From a virus (Duplodnaviria > Caudoviricetes): a stretch of 64,000 nt of DNA. Shown here piece after piece: positions 47,533 through 57,337 of this stretch. Numbering within the stretch: position 1 is the stretch's first letter; the number at the start of each line of letters is the position of its first letter. Where the stretch lies: positions 25,790-89,789 of the IMG/VR virus record IMGVR_UViG_3300027486_000276. The stretch is one strand, 5' to 3'. The position numbers and the translations under genes are program-made. A model generated the notes under the pieces. It did no database searches, had not been told where the DNA came from, and saw only the letters and a list, made by a program, of their open reading frames with translations.

Positions 47533-48346
47533 ATTTTGTTACTAGTCGTATATGCTTCCTAAACTCTTCATTAAATAAATTAAAGTTTAGCTTCTGATCC
47601 CAAGTTCCTCCACCTTGATGTAAAATCTTTATTTGTCTATCTCCAGTTCCTCTACCTCCATCTGGCATTATACTTTTTTGTCCATTAAAATAAATCTCTT
47701 TCCAGTTATCCCAGTTTGAAATGCTGTAACTCCAGTTTCCGCTAGAGCCATATATTTTATCTGAACCTTTTGGATCAAGAATTAAAGTATTATACCCATA
47801 ATTTCTAAAAACTACGTTTAAAGATGACATATCATCTCCAGCGTAAATCTTGCCATATTTATTTAATGCTACTCTCCTACCTTCTTTATAGTCATCAGTT
47901 AATAGTAGCCAATCTCTTAAAAAGGCAAAATTCTTAATACAAACGAAATCGGCATTAACCCATTCATGATTAGGAATATCTCTTATTATATCTGGTCGAT
48001 TATGTTTTTCGTATCTGTCTCCAACTTGATCTGGGTCATTTCTAGCAGAAGCTGCATCATAATTTAGATTTAGAATTTCTTCTATATTATCTAGTACAAT
48101 ACAATCGGCTCCTAGTTTAATTAAAATATCTGGTTTATCATTTTTTTCTATGTAATCGTAACAAAAGAAAGGAGCAGAAAACCAAAGATTGTCAGGTATT
48201 CTGTGCTTTTGTTTTACTCTTTGTATTTCTTTTGTGTTATATAGCGCAACTTCTATATTTGGGTTGAAGTGTTTTAAAGAGTTAATTGTTTTGTAGCCGC
48301 CAGAATATAAATGGTCATCACAAACTATTAGAGCTACTATTTTCAT
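47522..48346 (-). CDS. GT8-like glycosyltransferase
   Basis: ILIKLGADCIVLDNIEEIL, WVNADFVCI, GDDMSSLNVV, ILHQGGG. Confidence 0.6.
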   Translation of the reverse strand: MKIVALIVCDDHLYSGGYKTINSLKHFNPNIEVALYNTKEIQRVKQKHRIPDNLWFSAPFFCYDYIEKNDKPDILIKLGADCIVLDNIEEILNLNYDAASARNDPDQVGDRYEKHNRPDIIRDIPNHEWVNADFVCIKNFAFLRDWLLLTDDYKEGRRVALNKYGKIYAGDDMSSLNVVFRNYGYNTLILDPKGSDKIYGSSGNWSYSISNWDNWKEIYFNGQKSIMPDGGRGTGDRQIKILHQGGGTWDQKLNFNLFNEEFRKHIRLVTKYEN

Positions 48347-49338
48347 ACGTTTAATAATTTTCTAAAATTTTGATAAAAACTATTGACCATTTCTTTTTCT
48401 GAAAATTTTAAAGCTTTTTTGTAGCAATCTTGTTGCTTAATCTTCTTGCTTTTCTCCCATATTTCAAAGAAAGAGTCTTCGTTATCATTATAGTAAAATC
48501 CATCTACGCCGTCTTCTATTAATTCATTAAAGAATCCACGCTTATAACAAACTAAAGGAGTGTTGTATGCTAAAGATTGATGGCAGCTTAAATTCCATAT
48601 TGTATCCCAATCTTGGATTCCACCAAAGAGCCTAGCTCCTTTGAGCATTTTAATTTTTTCTTGTTCAGTCAAGACTCCCATATAAAAAGTATTTTCATTA
48701 TCTATATGCTGCAATAGTGGGTAGTTATTTAGAATTGGACCCGCAAAATATCCTTTTATCTTAAATTTATTACAAAGTTTAACTGTTTTAATAGGATTCA
48801 TTGTAGAATCCATTCTTGTTACTTGGAACAAATAGTCTTCTTTTGCGTATTCTTGAAATGACTCGGGTACAAAAGTTCCTATCTGAACTTTCATTAATTT
48901 AGTTCTATTAGGATCAAGAATTGGATTTTGATTATAAGAATACACAAATCCAGCATCATTTAAGGGCCAGATAGTTTGGTTTACAAAAGCAAGCCAGCAT
49001 ACCTGTTTGCATTTTAACCCTTGTGTATTAAACGCAAAAGACTCTTGATTGTGAACGATAATATCCCATCGGTCAGCGTTAGGAATTATTCTAGCTACTG
49101 GATAGCCTTGTTTAAGAAGTTTTACTTGTTCGTTAGTTAATTCAATGCAATTTGACTTGCCCTCTTCTTCAGTAACGTTTTCAAAGTTTTTAGGTCTACC
49201 ATAGATATAGAATTTGGTTTCTTGATTATTTAATAATGGCAAAGCATATTTGCCAAAAACAGATCCGCCTCCGTATCTTTTAGAATGAAATGGAGAATAG
49301 TCTTCGTTTTCAGAAAGCTCTATGTTTGCTATTATCAT
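48343..49338 (-). CDS. GT4-like glycosyltransferase
   Basis: YGGGSVF, LFQVTRM...NP, FAGP, GVLTEQEKIKML, SLAYNTPLV..KRG..NELIEDGVDGF. Confidence 0.8.
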   Translation of the reverse strand: MIIANIELSENEDYSPFHSKRYGGGSVFGKYALPLLNNQETKFYIYGRPKNFENVTEEEGKSNCIELTNEQVKLLKQGYPVARIIPNADRWDIIVHNQESFAFNTQGLKCKQVCWLAFVNQTIWPLNDAGFVYSYNQNPILDPNRTKLMKVQIGTFVPESFQEYAKEDYLFQVTRMDSTMNPIKTVKLCNKFKIKGYFAGPILNNYPLLQHIDNENTFYMGVLTEQEKIKMLKGARLFGGIQDWDTIWNLSCHQSLAYNTPLVCYKRGFFNELIEDGVDGFYYNDNEDSFFEIWEKSKKIKQQDCYKKALKFSEKEMVNSFYQNFRKLLNV

Positions 49339-49345
49339 TTAATAA

Positions 49346-51328
49346 TTAGATTTTGTTGTAGATTGCCATTTCGTGTATTTCGTTTACTTTAATTAACTTA
49401 AAGTCCTTATATTTTTCTCTTACAACTGTTCCTTTTACATGGAAGTCATCACATAGAATTATAGTTTTTGTTCTGTCGATTTTTTCAAACTGCTCCAACA
49501 TCTGATACGGGCAATCAGATCCGTCTAAGAAAATTAAATCATAAGTATTATCTATATACTTAATTCCATCTTCACAGAAGAAATTTACATTTATTGAACT
49601 ATGATAATTTTCAGTCAGCAGCTTGCTTACGTTTATTGCTGCTTGATCAACATCACAAACATTCAGTTCGCCGCCATACTGAGCCACATATTCGCACCAA
49701 AACAAAGTTGACCAACCGTCACCAGCTTTGCCGTTTAGACTTCTTGATGTTCCTATCTCTAGGATCTTGGCTGGCTTTTTATTCAGCTTATCCAAGCACA
49801 TTCTAAAGACGAAATCTCTATGATTGATTGAGTTTTTGAAATATTTATAGTATTGATTATACTTTTGTTCTGGCTTGTTCTTATGATTATAAATATCAGG
49901 ATAGTCTTTAAAGAACTCGTCATCATTTACATTTGGAAAATCTTTAAACTCTAATCCTTTCAAAGAGGCTAGTTTTGAATTTAGTTTTAGATTATTGAAT
50001 ACTCCGGGTGGCCCTAGATGTATTACATCAAAAAACATTCTTGGAACCTTTGGAGAGGGAGGTGGATAAAAATTATACAAAAATTCAATGTCTACCTGTT
50101 CTGCCGTGTTACTATCTGAGTATAATTTATTTTTAGGAAGATGTTTTATTTTATTAGATTTAAAGTTAAACGCTTGGAAATACCCAACTCCAATACCATC
50201 TAAAGTTAAAAGTTCCTCGTCTAGAAAAACATTGTCTTCTAGTTTTTTATACTGTTCGTAATTCCAAACAAACTTTCTTGGCGCACCGTATAGTTCGTTT
50301 TCATCTAAATCATGCGCCATGAACGAATGTCTAAAATTGTCAGGAAGGATGATATCTGCGTCCAAATTTATACACCAATCAAAATATCTTAAATTGGCAT
50401 AAGCTAAATTTATAGCTCCTCCTTTATTAAATATAGTTCCTTTAGAATAAAAGATATCGCTTTGAATACAGTTTACGCCGTTTCTGTCACAAACATCTTT
50501 TGTTCTAGAATCTTTTAGATCTGTAACTACAATTAGGTTATCAAAGTGTTTTTTATTTTTAGGCAGCGTAAGTTCTAAGATGTCTCCATATCCAACGCAG
50601 GTAATAACTCCCTCTAAACATTTTTTGCCTTTACTAAGAACTTCTTTACATTTATTAATAAAGACCTGTTTGCTTCTTGGTAATCCTTGCATTCCTGCAT
50701 GGAAAAAAGTATCGCCGTATGTAGTTCCAAGACCATAATATAAAGTATCTGTGAGTCTCCATCTCTTTGGATTTCCGCTTGAACTACATTCTTCGTCCGT
50801 TAGTTCATTATAATGAGATGGATAAACCATGCAAACGGTATAACCGTTTTCTTGGCATAGCCAAGTAGCCTCTTCGCAAGTATCAGATCTTTTTATGTAA
50901 TCCCCTAAATGAGGATTTCCAAGAGTTTCATAAAGCTTGGTCGAGATACAGAATGAACTAGGTTGTACAAATGGGTGAGTTGGATTTATATGGATGTGAT
51001 TAGAATTTTGGCATCCACCAAAGATTGTTTTCTTATCTTTTAGTTTTTCATATATTTCTTGTGGCACCTCTTTTCTAAGAAGCAAGCAGTCGTTATCTAT
51101 AAAACAAAAATAATCAACTTGATTTTTAAACAGAGCAATAGACTTTTCCATTGCTCCTCCGTGATTAATAAGTCTGTAGTCTATTTGAAAATAATTAATT
51201 GGAATGCCAAGAAAAGAATGAACTTTATGGTGCCAATTAGTTACCTCCATGTCTCTATTGCTTGGATCAATGAAAGTAAATAAGGCTAACTTTTCTCCAT
51301 TGAAATTTAAAGTTTTAATGTTACTCAT
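49346..51328 (-). CDS. Fusion: two GT2-like domains + class I SAM methyltransferase (Methyltransf_24-like)
   Basis: N-term FCFIDNDCLLL; middle VITCVGYGDIL...NKGGAIN...NLDADIIL; C-term ILEIGTSR...DLIFLDGSD...ILCDD. Confidence 0.8.
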   Translation of the reverse strand: MSNIKTLNFNGEKLALFTFIDPSNRDMEVTNWHHKVHSFLGIPINYFQIDYRLINHGGAMEKSIALFKNQVDYFCFIDNDCLLLRKEVPQEIYEKLKDKKTIFGGCQNSNHIHINPTHPFVQPSSFCISTKLYETLGNPHLGDYIKRSDTCEEATWLCQENGYTVCMVYPSHYNELTDEECSSSGNPKRWRLTDTLYYGLGTTYGDTFFHAGMQGLPRSKQVFINKCKEVLSKGKKCLEGVITCVGYGDILELTLPKNKKHFDNLIVVTDLKDSRTKDVCDRNGVNCIQSDIFYSKGTIFNKGGAINLAYANLRYFDWCINLDADIILPDNFRHSFMAHDLDENELYGAPRKFVWNYEQYKKLEDNVFLDEELLTLDGIGVGYFQAFNFKSNKIKHLPKNKLYSDSNTAEQVDIEFLYNFYPPPSPKVPRMFFDVIHLGPPGVFNNLKLNSKLASLKGLEFKDFPNVNDDEFFKDYPDIYNHKNKPEQKYNQYYKYFKNSINHRDFVFRMCLDKLNKKPAKILEIGTSRSLNGKAGDGWSTLFWCEYVAQYGGELNVCDVDQAAINVSKLLTENYHSSINVNFFCEDGIKYIDNTYDLIFLDGSDCPYQMLEQFEKIDRTKTIILCDDFHVKGTVVREKYKDFKLIKVNEIHEMAIYNKI

Positions 51329-51849
51329 AGTTTTGATAATTTAATTCCTGTGTGTAAATCTTTTTGAGATATTATTGGATTGCTAATAGGCCATTTAATA
51401 TTTAAAAGAGGGTCATTCCACATAATCGTGCATTCATGTTCTTTTGAATGAACGTTTGTAGCCTTATAAATAATAGTTGAATCGTCTTGTAGGCTTTGAA
51501 ATCCATGAGCGAAATCGTCTGGAATAAAAATCTGCATTCCTCTTGTTAGAAAAAATGCTTCATGTTTTCCAAAGTTCTGAGAATTTTTATTGATATTTAC
51601 GGCAACATCAAATATTTCTCCTTTGAGGACTTGGATTAACTTTCCTTGAGCTTTGGGCTTTTTTTGAAAATGTAAGCCCCTCGTTACGCCATATTTAGAA
51701 ACAGATATACTGTCTTGTAAAAATTTATGATTAAAACCAAGCTCTTTGTACCTTTTATCGTTAAAGATTTCGGCAAAGAAGCCTCTTTCATCAAAGAAAC
51801 AGTCTGTTTTTATTATAAGGATTCCTAGATCTGTTCTTGTAATTTCCAT
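51325..51849 (-). CDS. rmlC: dTDP-4-dehydrorhamnose 3,5-epimerase
   Basis: FDERGFFAE, QDSISVS..GVTRGLHFQ, QGKLI, DVAV, FAHGFQSL, IKWP. Confidence 0.93.
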   Translation of the reverse strand: MEITRTDLGILIIKTDCFFDERGFFAEIFNDKRYKELGFNHKFLQDSISVSKYGVTRGLHFQKKPKAQGKLIQVLKGEIFDVAVNINKNSQNFGKHEAFFLTRGMQIFIPDDFAHGFQSLQDDSTIIYKATNVHSKEHECTIMWNDPLLNIKWPISNPIISQKDLHTGIKLSKL

Positions 51850-53141
51850 GCTTGAAGAACTTTCTCTATATAGTTTACGTTTGATTCTGAAATAGTAGGG
51901 GCGCAGCCTACAAAGAATACTAGATCTAAGACTTTATTGCTTTCTGGATAGTCTAAAAAGTTATCAAGATGTCTGTATCCGGGGTGCATCAATAGATTTC
52001 CAGCAAAGTAATTTCTAGTTTGAACACCATTCTTTTCTAAGAAAGAAACTAGTTTTACTTTTTGGTCTTTGTTTGAACAGATCAAAGGCACCCCAAATGG
52101 AACCCAAGATGTATCACCAAGCACGTTAGGGCATCTTAGATCATTAACATAAGTTTTAAATAATGAAGAAATAGTTTTTTGATTTTGCAAACGAGTTGAG
52201 CAAATATAGTCTAGTTTTTTAAGTTGCTCTATGCCAATGGCTCCTTGCAAGTCTAAAGGCTTCAAATTATATCCAATTCTATTAAATACATATTTGTGGT
52301 CAATGATAGTGTCTGGAAAATCAGTTAGCCAACTAGAGAATCTCTTGCCGCACGAACCATTTGGAAGGAGATTACAGGTTCCTACGCACCAGCAGTCTCT
52401 GCCCCATGTGCCATAACTTCTGGCAAGCTGAACAATATCTTCAATGTTTGAAGACACCATACCTCCTTCAAGAGTGGTTATTTCATGCGCTGGATAAAAT
52501 GAGCATGATGAAGCTACGGCGTACTCATTGAGAAATTTGTTATTCCATTTAGTACCTAGAGAATCGCAGTTGTCCAATAGCAGTTTGACGTTATGCTTAT
52601 CGCATATAAAATTTAAAGCGTCTATGTTTGGCGGATTTCCAAGTACAGGAGACAAGAAGATAGCTTTAGTTTTAGAATTAATCTTTGAAGAAATTAGATT
52701 AAGATCAAAATTTAAAGTGTCCCATTCTATATCAATAAAAATAGGCTTCAACCCATTCTGAATAATTGAAGAAACCGTTGTTGGGAATCCTACTGCTGAG
52801 ACAATTATTTCGTCTCCATCTTGCCACTTAAAGTACTCTTTACAGGCAGCGATCAATAGAAGGTTCGCTGAAGAACCGGAGTTCGTAAAGAATGAATGTT
52901 TTTGATTAATGTACTTACTAAACTGCACTTCGAATTGAGCGCATACTTCTCCGCTTGATGACCATTTGCCAAAAAGTAGTGTATCTATTGCGGCGACTAA
53001 TTCATTTTCATCAAAGTAGGCTCCAGAATAATATACCTTGTTCTCTGCTCCATTGAGATTGTGGCAGAATTTTGGAAGTCTACCTGACTTCTCTTGTAAC
53101 GATAGAATAAAACTGCGGATGTCTTCTTTAAATTGACTCAT
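51825..53141 (-). CDS. rfbH: CDP-4-keto-6-deoxyglucose 3-dehydrase (E1) / LPS biosynthesis protein RfbH
   Basis: NSGSSANL, LDNCDSLG, SFYPAHEITTLEGG (His), WGRDCWC..C....SCGKRF Fe-S motif, HKYVF..IGYNLKP, FAGNLLMHP. Confidence 0.9.
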   Translation of the reverse strand: MSQFKEDIRSFILSLQEKSGRLPKFCHNLNGAENKVYYSGAYFDENELVAAIDTLLFGKWSSSGEVCAQFEVQFSKYINQKHSFFTNSGSSANLLLIAACKEYFKWQDGDEIIVSAVGFPTTVSSIIQNGLKPIFIDIEWDTLNFDLNLISSKINSKTKAIFLSPVLGNPPNIDALNFICDKHNVKLLLDNCDSLGTKWNNKFLNEYAVASSCSFYPAHEITTLEGGMVSSNIEDIVQLARSYGTWGRDCWCVGTCNLLPNGSCGKRFSSWLTDFPDTIIDHKYVFNRIGYNLKPLDLQGAIGIEQLKKLDYICSTRLQNQKTISSLFKTYVNDLRCPNVLGDTSWVPFGVPLICSNKDQKVKLVSFLEKNGVQTRNYFAGNLLMHPGYRHLDNFLDYPESNKVLDLVFFVGCAPTISESNVNYIEKVLQAWKLQEQI

Positions 53142-53976
53142 TTTTTAATACGTTAAAAGTTTTAATTATTCCCTGATGTAAGCCTTCGAAATTTAAATTC
53201 AAAGAGTTTAATTTTTTACCATTGCCAGTATAATGTTTATTCTCTCCTTGCTTGATAATTATTTCAACCTTGTGATTGGAAAGAGAATTTATTATGTTAG
53301 CGATATCAGAAAGTTTATATTTCTCATCGTATACTAAATTTAGTTCACAATAAGACTTGCTTGGATTTTGAATAAAGTACTCTATTACTTTGCAAATATC
53401 ATTAGCGTAAAAAAAGTCGAAGAAAGCGTCTCCCCAGATTTCAATAGGTTGTTTTTTTAGATATTTGAAAATATTATTTTTAATGAATCTGTTATCTTTT
53501 TCAAAATGCGTAAAAGCATTAAAGATTCTTAAATTTATAACCTTATCGTTTCCAATTGCCCTTTTAGCATTGACGTATTTAGCAAGAGAATAGAAGTTAC
53601 TTGTTGGCTCATTGAACTCGCCTTCTTCTAGATCTATGACATTTATTTTTCTAGAGTTCTGCGCCCCAGAACTAAATATGATCAAATTAGAATAATGATT
53701 CTCAAGAAAAAATAAGTTCTCTTGCATTATGATATTTTCATAGAAGTTTTGAGCAGAGTCTTCTGCATAAAATCTTCCTGTACCAGACATAGCGCAATGA
53801 ATTACTAAATCATAATACTTGTCTTTGAACTTGTCTTTAAGGCTGGATAAATTAGTAACATCTAAATCTTTGCGATAAAAGATTTCTAGATCATGTCCTT
53901 TGCCATTCAATTCCTCTAAGATGCCTTTAGCAACAGAAGACCCCGCACCTAGGATTGCTATTTTCTTAGAAGACAT
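53128..53976 (-). CDS. NAD-dependent epimerase/dehydratase (SDR), possible 4-keto reductase
   Basis: Degenerate Rossmann ILGAGSSVA, VIHCA, FSSGA, YSLAK (YxxxK), NLRIFN, DFFYANDI. Confidence 0.82.
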   Translation of the reverse strand: MSSKKIAILGAGSSVAKGILEELNGKGHDLEIFYRKDLDVTNLSSLKDKFKDKYYDLVIHCAMSGTGRFYAEDSAQNFYENIIMQENLFFLENHYSNLIIFSSGAQNSRKINVIDLEEGEFNEPTSNFYSLAKYVNAKRAIGNDKVINLRIFNAFTHFEKDNRFIKNNIFKYLKKQPIEIWGDAFFDFFYANDICKVIEYFIQNPSKSYCELNLVYDEKYKLSDIANIINSLSNHKVEIIIKQGENKHYTGNGKKLNSLNLNFEGLHQGIIKTFNVLKNESI

Positions 53977-53977
53977 A

Positions 53978-54820
53978 TTAGAGGTTTAAAAAATAATCTC
54001 TGTAGTTTTGAAATTCGTTAATTTTTTTGGGGTGATGAAATCCAAAACTCGCTTTTTTATTATACTCTTGTAGAGTTAAAGGATCAAGAGAAAATTTCAT
54101 GCAGTCTTTTAATCCTGCAACTCTGCTATTTTTAACCGTTCCATTAATAAGATGAGAATAGAATAAATCTTCTGGAGGCGGTCTATTGTCTGTCCTTCCG
54201 TACTCTCTCATGGTAAAATGAGAAAAGTTTTTACTTATTTCTTCACACGCTAATCTATTCCTAAAACTAAACCCGCCATTGCCACATTGTATAGCAGGAA
54301 GATTTATTAACTTCCATTGTCCTTCATGAAGAATTTCTATTCTTGGGGTGTGACACCAAGCACTGCCAATGTAATCTATTTGACCATCTAAAACAAACTG
54401 CTCCCAGCCTTCTTTTATCAGAAATCCGTCTGGGTGAAAAAATAATATTTTATGAAACTCTTCAGGTATATAATCCCAAAGATGTTTTATCATAAATTGA
54501 GAATACGAATCGTGAGAGTTTAACTCTGGTATTTTAATATGGTAGGCTCTACTTTTTTTATATTCTGGATTATTATTAAATAGATTTTCTCCATTTGGGC
54601 TTAGGACAAAGTAAGGGTAGTTATTTTGAGAAAATATTTTAAAACTTCGAAATGCAGCTTCATCTTCTATGGTGTTTATTTCCCTGTTTCTGCCTTCTAT
54701 ATAAACCCCGCAGAATAAATTAGAATTAGTCTTTTCGATTACATCTATGCAAAGAGTATCAATGCATATCTTTCTTAGAAGCAAAGTGTCTGCTGGATCT
54801 CTATCAACAAGAAATTTCAT
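53978..54820 (-). CDS. DUF5672-like putative glycosyltransferase
   Basis: FHPDGFLI..GW...DYIGSAW...GNGGFSFR...EDLFYS...FGFH. Confidence 0.75.
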   Translation of the reverse strand: MKFLVDRDPADTLLLRKICIDTLCIDVIEKTNSNLFCGVYIEGRNREINTIEDEAAFRSFKIFSQNNYPYFVLSPNGENLFNNNPEYKKSRAYHIKIPELNSHDSYSQFMIKHLWDYIPEEFHKILFFHPDGFLIKEGWEQFVLDGQIDYIGSAWCHTPRIEILHEGQWKLINLPAIQCGNGGFSFRNRLACEEISKNFSHFTMREYGRTDNRPPPEDLFYSHLINGTVKNSRVAGLKDCMKFSLDPLTLQEYNKKASFGFHHPKKINEFQNYRDYFLNL

Positions 54821-55758
54821 AGAGAAAGATACTTCTTATTATATTTTAAAATTGTCCCTTCGTATGATGGGTCGCTAAATCCATCACCAGTTTTTAAGAA
54901 ACCCGAGAAAGACCATTTGTATCTTCTTGAAGCTATTTCTTTCATGAAGTCCATGCCAAGAATAACTCTTTGATAAAATTCAGAAAGGCAAAACTCAAAC
55001 TCAATCATATTCTTATCAAACTCTGTAAATTCTCCTTTTTGGAAAAATTCTGTTATTCCTTTTATGCTTGGATCAAACCCTCTTTTTATTAAATTCTTTC
55101 TGAATTCTCTACGCAATACTTCGTGATGTTTAACTATTTCTTGACCGTACTTGCTATAAAATGCCTCTATTTGATTATTCCTTCCATAAAGATAATATTT
55201 AGTATCGTGTTCTTGATAATGTTTGGCAGGATTTAGGTCTCTTTTGTTTATTATAAAGTTTTTCTTCTTGTCTTCTGGAATGGTCGCTGCTTTGCCGTTT
55301 AATCCTTGTAGAGACCAATGTGGAGTTAAAAAGAAAAATAGATAAGGATTCCATTTAAATAAAAATGGTCTACCAGAACAGTAAACTGCTTCGATGCCGT
55401 CTTTTTCAAAGCCAAGAATCATTGACTTCATGTTCTTGCACCACTCTTCAGTTGGCTTCTCACTTGAGTCAGCAATGAAGCACCAGTCTCCTTCTTCAAA
55501 GATTCCAGAATAGAGCCATTCATTTGCTTGCCAGTCATGAGCATTAACCCAAGGATGTCTGACGATTTTTCCTTTACCTTTATTAGAGTCAAGAAGATTA
55601 TAAGTAGAATCGCTATTTGAATTAGAATCTACGCACCAGACATATCCATCAAAAAACGCTTTTGTTGAATCTATTAGGTCTGATATTTTTTCTTCCTCGT
55701 TTGAGGTTATCCCGCACAGGTACAAATTTTTCATATTTTTAAATAACTCATTGAACAT
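54817..55758 (-). CDS. GT2-like glycosyltransferase
   Basis: LCGITSNEEEKI..LI, VDSNS.SDST..LL, WCFIADSSE. Confidence 0.65.
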   Translation of the reverse strand: MFNELFKNMKNLYLCGITSNEEEKISDLIDSTKAFFDGYVWCVDSNSNSDSTYNLLDSNKGKGKIVRHPWVNAHDWQANEWLYSGIFEEGDWCFIADSSEKPTEEWCKNMKSMILGFEKDGIEAVYCSGRPFLFKWNPYLFFFLTPHWSLQGLNGKAATIPEDKKKNFIINKRDLNPAKHYQEHDTKYYLYGRNNQIEAFYSKYGQEIVKHHEVLRREFRKNLIKRGFDPSIKGITEFFQKGEFTEFDKNMIEFEFCLSEFYQRVILGMDFMKEIASRRYKWSFSGFLKTGDGFSDPSYEGTILKYNKKYLSL

Positions 55759-56504
55759 CCTACATCGTAATCAAAAGGATTATAAGTTTCAATATTAAAA
55801 TCCCACCAAGGAGCATCACCATATAATGGGCTTAACTTTTCAAACTGATCCTCGGTAAAGTAATTAATAATTAATTTCTTTCTAACTTTTGGGTAGCAGT
55901 TTGCAACATGATAACCTGCTCCGCTGTCTACTCCTATAAAAATTGCTGCTTCTGCTATTTCTTTAGCAGTGTCTAGCATACTCAGTCCAGTCTTGTCTTC
56001 TGCTGATTTAACTTTTCTATCTGCTTTGCCTCCTGTTTGAACCAAGTGATAGTCTTTATAGTTATTTTCTATACGTTCAATAATCTCTTCAGATAGAGTT
56101 CCAGAAGACTTGCCGCTGGTATGTACGCAAACCTTATTCTGAACAGTTTTTAAATCTTCATGGATATACAATCTTGAATGTCTTAAATAACATTTTGGCA
56201 AAGAAAAGAATTGGCAATGCTCGTAAGGGATGGAAGGGTGAGGATGAATTTTTTTAAGAGTTCTTACAAAGTAAGAGGTTTCATCGCAGATCTGCTGATG
56301 AGTAAACCATGCGTCAGGAGTTGGGCCAGAATCGACATAAGGATTATTTTGAAAAATAGGATTACTCTTATCTCCGATTAGTTTCTTTCCAGTGTTTCTA
56401 AAATAGTTTTCTGGCAAAGAAGACAAAATCAAATTATCCCCTAATCCGGGTCCGCTTAGATGAATTCCTATTGTTAAACTGCAAGCTTCTTGAAAAGTTA
56501 GCAT
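55731..56504 (-). CDS. GT9-like glycosyltransferase
   Basis: GLGDNLILSSLP, NPIFQNNPYV, VQTGG..D, SMLDTAKEIAEAAIFIGVDSG..YHVA. Confidence 0.8.
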   Translation of the reverse strand: MLTFQEACSLTIGIHLSGPGLGDNLILSSLPENYFRNTGKKLIGDKSNPIFQNNPYVDSGPTPDAWFTHQQICDETSYFVRTLKKIHPHPSIPYEHCQFFSLPKCYLRHSRLYIHEDLKTVQNKVCVHTSGKSSGTLSEEIIERIENNYKDYHLVQTGGKADRKVKSAEDKTGLSMLDTAKEIAEAAIFIGVDSGAGYHVANCYPKVRKKLIINYFTEDQFEKLSPLYGDAPWWDFNIETYNPFDYDVGCSMSYLKI

Positions 56505-57337
56505 AGTAAGTTTTTGAAAATTTCTTGATTGTCGATTATGTATTTTGGTAGTAAACTATCATCTAGCTTTAATAAAGGAATATCTCTTTTATTTGGCATA
56601 TCGCAATAAAAGAAATGATCATCCTCATAAAGACATTTATTAAATTGCTTGTTTAAAAGCTCTTTGTCTTTAAGGCATGATTTATCATGAGGTTCAATAT
56701 TGTTGATCCATTTAGAATATAAAGAATCAAAACCATTAACAAGAATATTACTAAAGTGCCACCCTTCACCAGAATTGCCAGTATGGGGAAGTTTGTCTTT
56801 AATATTTCTTATGTATTGAACTTCGTATTGGGTTAAATACTTTAGTTTGAGCAACACAGAACCATACCAACCCCAAGGGTCTCTGAATTTAGAATAAAGA
56901 TTAAAATAGTAAGTATTAAAGTAATGATTGATAGAAATATACTCTGTGTTCTTTGCTGTAAGCTCTTTTATTACTTCTGCTCTTGGGATTTCGTCACAAT
57001 CGCTAACTATGATATAGTCTTCGTTAGAAAGAGCTTTGATTTGATTTATTTTAACTAATCCTTCTGATACAATAGCTTGTCTTACACGAAACTCTTGCGA
57101 CCAATCAGCTTCTTCGACTTTATTTAAATAAGAATGATCTAGTTTAATATAAACAATCTTGTCTAAAAATTTTTCAAATTTTGCCTGTGATTGTTCGAAA
57201 TAATATGGTTTTGGTAAACCCGTTTGAGTTCTATTAGACTCTACAATTAAAAAATAATCAACAACTGGTGCTAATTCATTTAATCTTATTGTTAATACTA
57301 ACTCTTCATTAGCGTATGGAAATGCATCAATGATCAT
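56498..57337 (-). CDS. GT17 (beta-1,4-GlcNAc-transferase III-like) glycosyltransferase
   Basis: IIDAFPYANEELVLTIRLNELAPVVDYFLIVESN.TQTGLPK, IIVSDCDEIP, GWHFS. Confidence 0.87.
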   Translation of the reverse strand: MIIDAFPYANEELVLTIRLNELAPVVDYFLIVESNRTQTGLPKPYYFEQSQAKFEKFLDKIVYIKLDHSYLNKVEEADWSQEFRVRQAIVSEGLVKINQIKALSNEDYIIVSDCDEIPRAEVIKELTAKNTEYISINHYFNTYYFNLYSKFRDPWGWYGSVLLKLKYLTQYEVQYIRNIKDKLPHTGNSGEGWHFSNILVNGFDSLYSKWINNIEPHDKSCLKDKELLNKQFNKCLYEDDHFFYCDMPNKRDIPLLKLDDSLLPKYIIDNQEIFKNLLC

